From Vitrella brassicaformis CCMP3155 (Eukaryota > Protista > Chromerida): DNA of 64,000 nucleotides. Shown here one piece after another: positions 59,304-64,000 of the stretch. The position numbers and the translations under genes were made by a program. Numbering within the stretch: the stretch's first letter is position 1; every line of letters begins with the position of its first letter. The stretch is from assembly GCA_001179505.1 (NCBI GenBank), contig CDMY01000264.1:79671-143670 (forward strand), written 5' to 3'. Below the pieces are notes generated by a model. It worked only from the letters and a program-made list of their open reading frames with translations. It searched no databases and was not told the DNA's origin.

Positions 59304-62300
59304 ATGGCTGCTCAGCTGTCTTATGAGGCCTTCCTGGAGGTCATGGGGCCGCAGGTCAGTGAGTGAGAGACTGGGAGAAAGACGAACACACACGCATCGA
59401 CTCGTGTATATGAGTGTGTTCTGACTGTCTGCAGCTGGTGGGCATGGGGCTTCCAGAGAAGGTAGGTGAATTGACCACTCCACTCACAGACGCACAGCAG
59501 GAACACAATATATAAGACGAACACATAGACGGCTGATGGAATATGATGCACTGAGTGGACGGCATGTGTGTGCGTGTGTGTGCAGCTGTGGCGGTGTGCG
59601 TTTGACAAGCTCTCGTCCGAAAACCTGGACGCCTCCGACGCGTTCACACTCGTCGAGAGGGACGACAGACAGAGGGGCGAGAGCAAATGGCAGGTGGGAA
59701 CACTGCACACAACACACACTCATGGATGTGTGTGTGTGTTGTGTAGGTGGTGTCATGTCGGCCGATTGAGAAGGAGAGCGGTGTGTGGCTCTGCGACCAC
59801 TGCTGGTCGTTCAGGCTGAAGGTCGGTAAGTCTGTCGCTCTGCCTGTGAACGTTTCTGTGAATGTGTGTGTGTGTGTGTGTAGGAGGGCAAGCGTCAGCT
59901 CAAGGAAAATGAGAAGCTGAGAGCACGGCTGCAGAGGTGAGCATGTGTGTGTGGTGGATGGCATGGCATTGCTCGACTACTCAACACATATAAGCCCCTT
60001 GCCTCTCCTGTGTGTGCAGTCTGTTTGGTGTGTCGTCTGACACGGCTGTCGACGACCTGTGGAGAGAGCTGCTCCCCGCACTGCAGGCACGTATGCCGTG
60101 TGAATTAATGGCCGTGGACTGACTGACACACGTGTGTGTGTTGGTGTGTCTGTGTGTGTGTAGCACTACCAAGTGGCCTCCTCGAGTCGGCTTGACGAAG
60201 AGGCCGTCTGGTACTTGATGGACGAAGTGAGTATATATGTCAGCCCACACCCCCCCACACACAAATGCGCACAGCCGTGTACGTCTTGTGTCTGTCAGTT
60301 CGGCTCGTCCTTCGACGTGGAGATCACTCGGGTCGATGACGAGATGGACCAGAAAGGTCCGTGTGGCGCGTGCAAACAAACGTGTCCAGATCTTCCCAGA
60401 TGTGTGTGTGTGTGTGTTTATGCAGATGAAGTGCCTGAAGCAGACGGCCTGGCCAACTTCAGGATGGCGCCTTTCTTCCACACACAAAGAGGTGGGTCCA
60501 CTCACATGTGTGTGCAGAGGGAATGCTGTGGTTGTTGTGTGTGCGAACTGGTTGAGTGCAGGAGTGGCCTACACCCTCATCTGGCCGGTCAAAGACACAG
60601 AGGTCGGCACCCATACACACATGACATGACGCGCACACACACACAGCCTCCATCCATCCATCCATCCATGTGTGTGCTGCCAGCACTACGAGCCGTGTTC
60701 TCGGCTGGCTGTGCCCAAGTCGGGCGGGCCAGAAGACCTTTTACTGGACTTTCCATGCGTCAGAGTGCCCCAATACACGTCCGTACGCACGACGAACCCA
60801 CCATCTCATCACCCAGCACTCGTCTGTCTGTCTGTCTGTCTGTCCGTCGTGTGTGTGTGTGCAGAGAGGCGTCACCCATCCCTGCTGTGCTGCAGTGCTC
60901 TCGGCTCTTCGCTCTGATGTTCCCATGGCGGTCGAGTGCAGCACGGTGGGCGCACACAAAGAGAGAGGGTGCGCGAGTATGTGTCTGTGGGTGGGTGGAT
61001 GGACGGATATGTGTGTGATGGGGGGTAGAGAGCTGGTGGTGCCTTGGTACGTGCGCATGGCCGCCGAGCTGCTGCAGGACGAGAAGACACACATGGTGGT
61101 GGATGAGCAGCAGCCGAGTGCCGTTGGCAGCAGCTCATCCATCGCATCAGTGTTCGACTTCCCCCCACACAGATCGGCACAGATCGGTACACACACACAC
61201 ACACGCACACACTCATCAAGTGAAATGAATGCCTCAGACACACGACACTCTGATCTGTTTGTGGGTCTGGTGTCTGATAGAGTGCGACCGTCGTGAGCTG
61301 AGGCGGCGTGTGGACTTGATCGACCGCACCCAAGTGTCGGAGACGCTGAAGGTCAGTATGGCCGCAAACAGACACACGCATTCATTCTCACTTATCTCTG
61401 TTTGTGTGTGTGTGTGTGTGTGCAGAAGTCGCCCCTGCGCGTGTTCACCGATCTGCCCATCCTCCAAGAAACGCTCAGCAGGGACGACTTCACCTTTACC
61501 GACGTAAGTTAAGAGGGCACATTCACACACACGGATGGATGGATGGATGGGTGTCTGTGTGTAGGACATTTTGCAAGCCGATGTCCTGTATGTGAGCTAC
61601 GTGCTCAACGACGGCAGAGATAAACCCACTGACGAGAAGGGCTCAGAATGGTCAACACAGGGGCGCACACACATGTGTGTCTGTGTGCGTGTCCATCTGT
61701 CCATCTGTCCATCTGTCCATGTGTGTGTGTGTGTGTGTGTCATTTGTTTGGGTGCAGGTCGTCGTCTATTCGGTTCAACTCGCACCAGCTGGTGAACCAG
61801 CTGGTGGGAGAGGGGCACATGACCACCAAAGACGGACTCGCAAAAATGACCAGGCAAGTCTCGTGTCATGATATGTGCACAGACCTTCTCTGTGTGTGTG
61901 CGCGATGTGCGGGCGTAGGAGGTTCGCATGGCTGCCTGATGCATATGACCTGTCCACCGAGCTGCCGCAGATGATCGGGGCTTACCATCGCCGCCATCAG
62001 TCAGCACAGGTGTGTGTGTCCACACACACGCATAGCATACACAGGCCGAGAGATACCTTTGTGTGTATCTGTGTGTGTGCAGGGGCCGTCTGCACCACCT
62101 GAATCGCCTCACCAAGGCAGACACAGCGACTACTGGATCGTCAAGCCCCGCAACTTGGCCCGCTCCATCGACACACACATTACCAACGACATCGACGAAA
62201 TCGTCCGGTGGGCAGATGCGTCCATGTGCGTGTCCATCTATCCATGTGTGTGTGGTGTTGCCAGGCTGTCGTCCACTTTCCCCAAGGTGTGCCAGCGGTA

Positions 62301-63444
62301 CATCGACCGGCCGGCCTGCATCGACGGCAAAAAATTCGACCTCAGGTAGACGTACGTGTCGATAGCACACACATTGGCAACAGTGTCTATGCGCGTGTGT
62401 GAGTGTGAGTGAGTGTGTGTGTGAAGGTTCTACGTGGCCGTCAAGTGCTTCCCCTCGATTGCGTCCGGCAAAGCCATTGAGATGGGCTGGGCGGGGCGGT
62501 GGCCACACACACACACACGTGTGCTGCACGTGGTTGGTGGAGTGCAGGTGGCCGTCTACGAGCGCTTTGCCGCTCGAATGGCCAACGAGCCCTTCAGAAT
62601 GGACGAGTGAGTAAGCACACATCGGTCCGTCTGTTGATCCATCTGTCTGTGTGTGAGGTGGTCGGTGTCACGATGAATGTCATTCAGCTTCGATTCCTTC
62701 CCTGTGCACTTCACCGTCATGAACTACCAGGACGAGCAGACGCGCAGCAAAAACGTCGTCATGACCTGCACACACTTCAAGACACAGCTCGCCAAGTAAC
62801 TAACGACGGGCAAGACACACCGACACAAACATACACAACGTGTGTGTGTGTGTGTGTCAGTGAGCATGGCCACCATGACGATGCGGCCGTTGCAGCGTTC
62901 TGGAAGGCCATCATCGACAAGGTTGTTGCTCTCGTGTGGATGGATGCATGGATGGATGGACAAGTGTATGGGTGTGTGGCGCAGGTGCACCTGATGGTGA
63001 GAGAGCTCTTCCAGACATTCGTCCAGCAGATGACCCTCAAGTACTCACACACGCAGAGCAGACGATCGGGTCAACCCCACCCCTGTGTGTGGTATGGTAT
63101 GGTGTGCCTGCAGGGAAAACAGTTCGTCGGGTGAGAGTGTGCTGACCAACCCCACTTCCTTCGCCGTGTACGGCCTGGACGTCATGCTCGAGCACACAGA
63201 GGGCAACCTGGAGCCAAGGCTACTCGGTCAGTCAGCCTGTCTGGTCTGAGCACAGCGCCCCCACCATGAGTGTGTGTGTGACCACATCTTGTGTGTGTGT
63301 GTGTGTGTGTGCGTGAAAGCAGAAGTGACGTTCTTCCCCGACACTGCCCGGCTGGTCAAGGAGGACAGGGGGTTCTGGGACACGGTCTTTGGCTGGGTGT
63401 TCAGAGAGGAGAGGGGAGGGGCTATGGTGGAGGTCACCATGTAG
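59304..63444 (+). CDS. TTLL12: Tubulin-tyrosine ligase-like protein 12
   Basis: GVWLCDHCWSF, AVWYLMDE|FGS, FRMAPFF, VAYTLIWPVKD, WLPDAYDLSTEL, YWIVKPRNLARSIDTHIT, KVCQRYIDRP..KKFDLR|FYV, HFTVMNY, FAVYGLDVML, PRLL|EVTFFPD. Stop TAG 63442-63444. Confidence 0.92.
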
Positions 63445-63877
63445 AGAGATGGATGGACGGACGACTGCAGTCATCATTCCAGCGCCCCCCTTGGCAGATG
63501 AACGTGTTGATGTGTGTGAATGTATGTGTGTCTGACGCTATGTGCATTGGTTTGTCGGCCTGCGAAAGGCCGCTTCTTTATTCATGCTGCGTGTGGATGG
63601 ATGGCCGATGAGATGAATGCATTGCATTGAAATGAACGGGCTAAGAGCGCACGCACCCTTAAAGGCAGGCAGGCAGGCATACAGACATAAACACACACAC
63701 ACACACAGAGAGACAGGGCGCATGCAGTGCACGCCCCTCCCTCCCTCCCTCCCTTCCTCCCTCCCTCCCTCCCGCCCTCCCTGCTCCCCTCTCTGCACTC
63801 AGCCCACCCCTGCGCACATCCGTGTGTGGCAAGCTGCCTGCCTGCCTGCTGCGCACCCATGCACACGCGCATTCACG

Positions 63878-64000
63878 GGGCTTAGGGTCTAGGGTTTACG
63901 GCTGTCGGTTACGGTTTTAGTGTCTAGGGTTTAGTGTCTAGGGTTTAGGGCTTAGGGTTTAGGGTTTAGGGTTTAGGGTTTAGGGTTTAGGGTTTAGGGT
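63878..64000 (+). repeat. Telomere: degenerate repeats (GGGCTTA, GGGTCTA, GTGTCTA) followed by perfect (TTTAGGG)n to the sequence end
   Basis: Perfect GGGTTTA array 63955-64000 (~6.5 units); variant units 63878-63954. The G-rich strand runs 5'->3' toward the end, as expected. Confidence 0.97.

Larger units (their letters stand above)
800..63800. repeat. Pervasive intronic microsatellites (CA/TG, GGAT/ATCC, CAGA/TCTG, GA) in most introns
   Basis: Visible in nearly all introns, e.g. 49543-49669, 25217-25294, 1533-1560. Confidence 0.95.

Noticed and set aside
63720-63800. (CCTC)n purine/pyrimidine tract near the telomere as a special subtelomeric element
   Set aside because: The same GGGA/CCCT microsatellite occurs internally (e.g. 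47270-47295), so it is not telomere-specific.
1-64000. CRISPR array, rRNA, tRNA, or transposase/reverse-transcriptase gene
   Set aside because: I saw no regularly spaced repeat-spacer array, no recognisable structural RNA, and no RT, integrase or transposase motifs. No tool-based scan was possible.

Overview
This is a gene-dense eukaryotic chromosome end. Genes are split by many short introns filled with (CA)n/(GT)n, (GGAT)n and (CAGA)n microsatellites, and the window ends in a (TTTAGGG)n telomere. The intron style, telomere unit and signal peptide + Phe + transit peptide N-termini suggest a plastid-bearing alveolate, probably a Vitrella-like chromerid (inference). Genes in order: 3' part of a polycystin-1-like GAIN/GPS receptor (+); a weak LRR-like gene (-); a plastid-targeted bestrophin-like channel (-); kynurenine/alpha-aminoadipate aminotransferase (+); an unresolved 3 kb region; an NT-C2 + coiled-coil protein (-); oxidosqualene cyclase (-); a frameshifted 2OG-Fe(II) oxygenase (+); a 72-aa AP2-like ORF (+); a complete ~13 kb polycystin-1-like paralog (-); an Mpv17/PMP22 protein (+); cytochrome b5 (-); Rsm22/METTL17 (+); two hypothetical genes (+); TRAPPC13 (-); TTLL12 (+); telomere. 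The most notable observations are: (1) an oxidosqualene cyclase with an unusual active-site combination (MQGECGSQ plus lanosterol-type Q/V); (2) an AAGCTCGC(A) motif in all five short bidirectional promoters; (3) two PKD1-like receptors whose first cytoplasmic loop looks like tandem PH-like domains rather than PLAT; (4) introns with AC-rich 5' and GT-rich 3' ends that could self-pair. Exon structures were assembled by eye, so gene boundaries are approximate. Most six-frame ORFs supplied are translations of intronic microsatellites.
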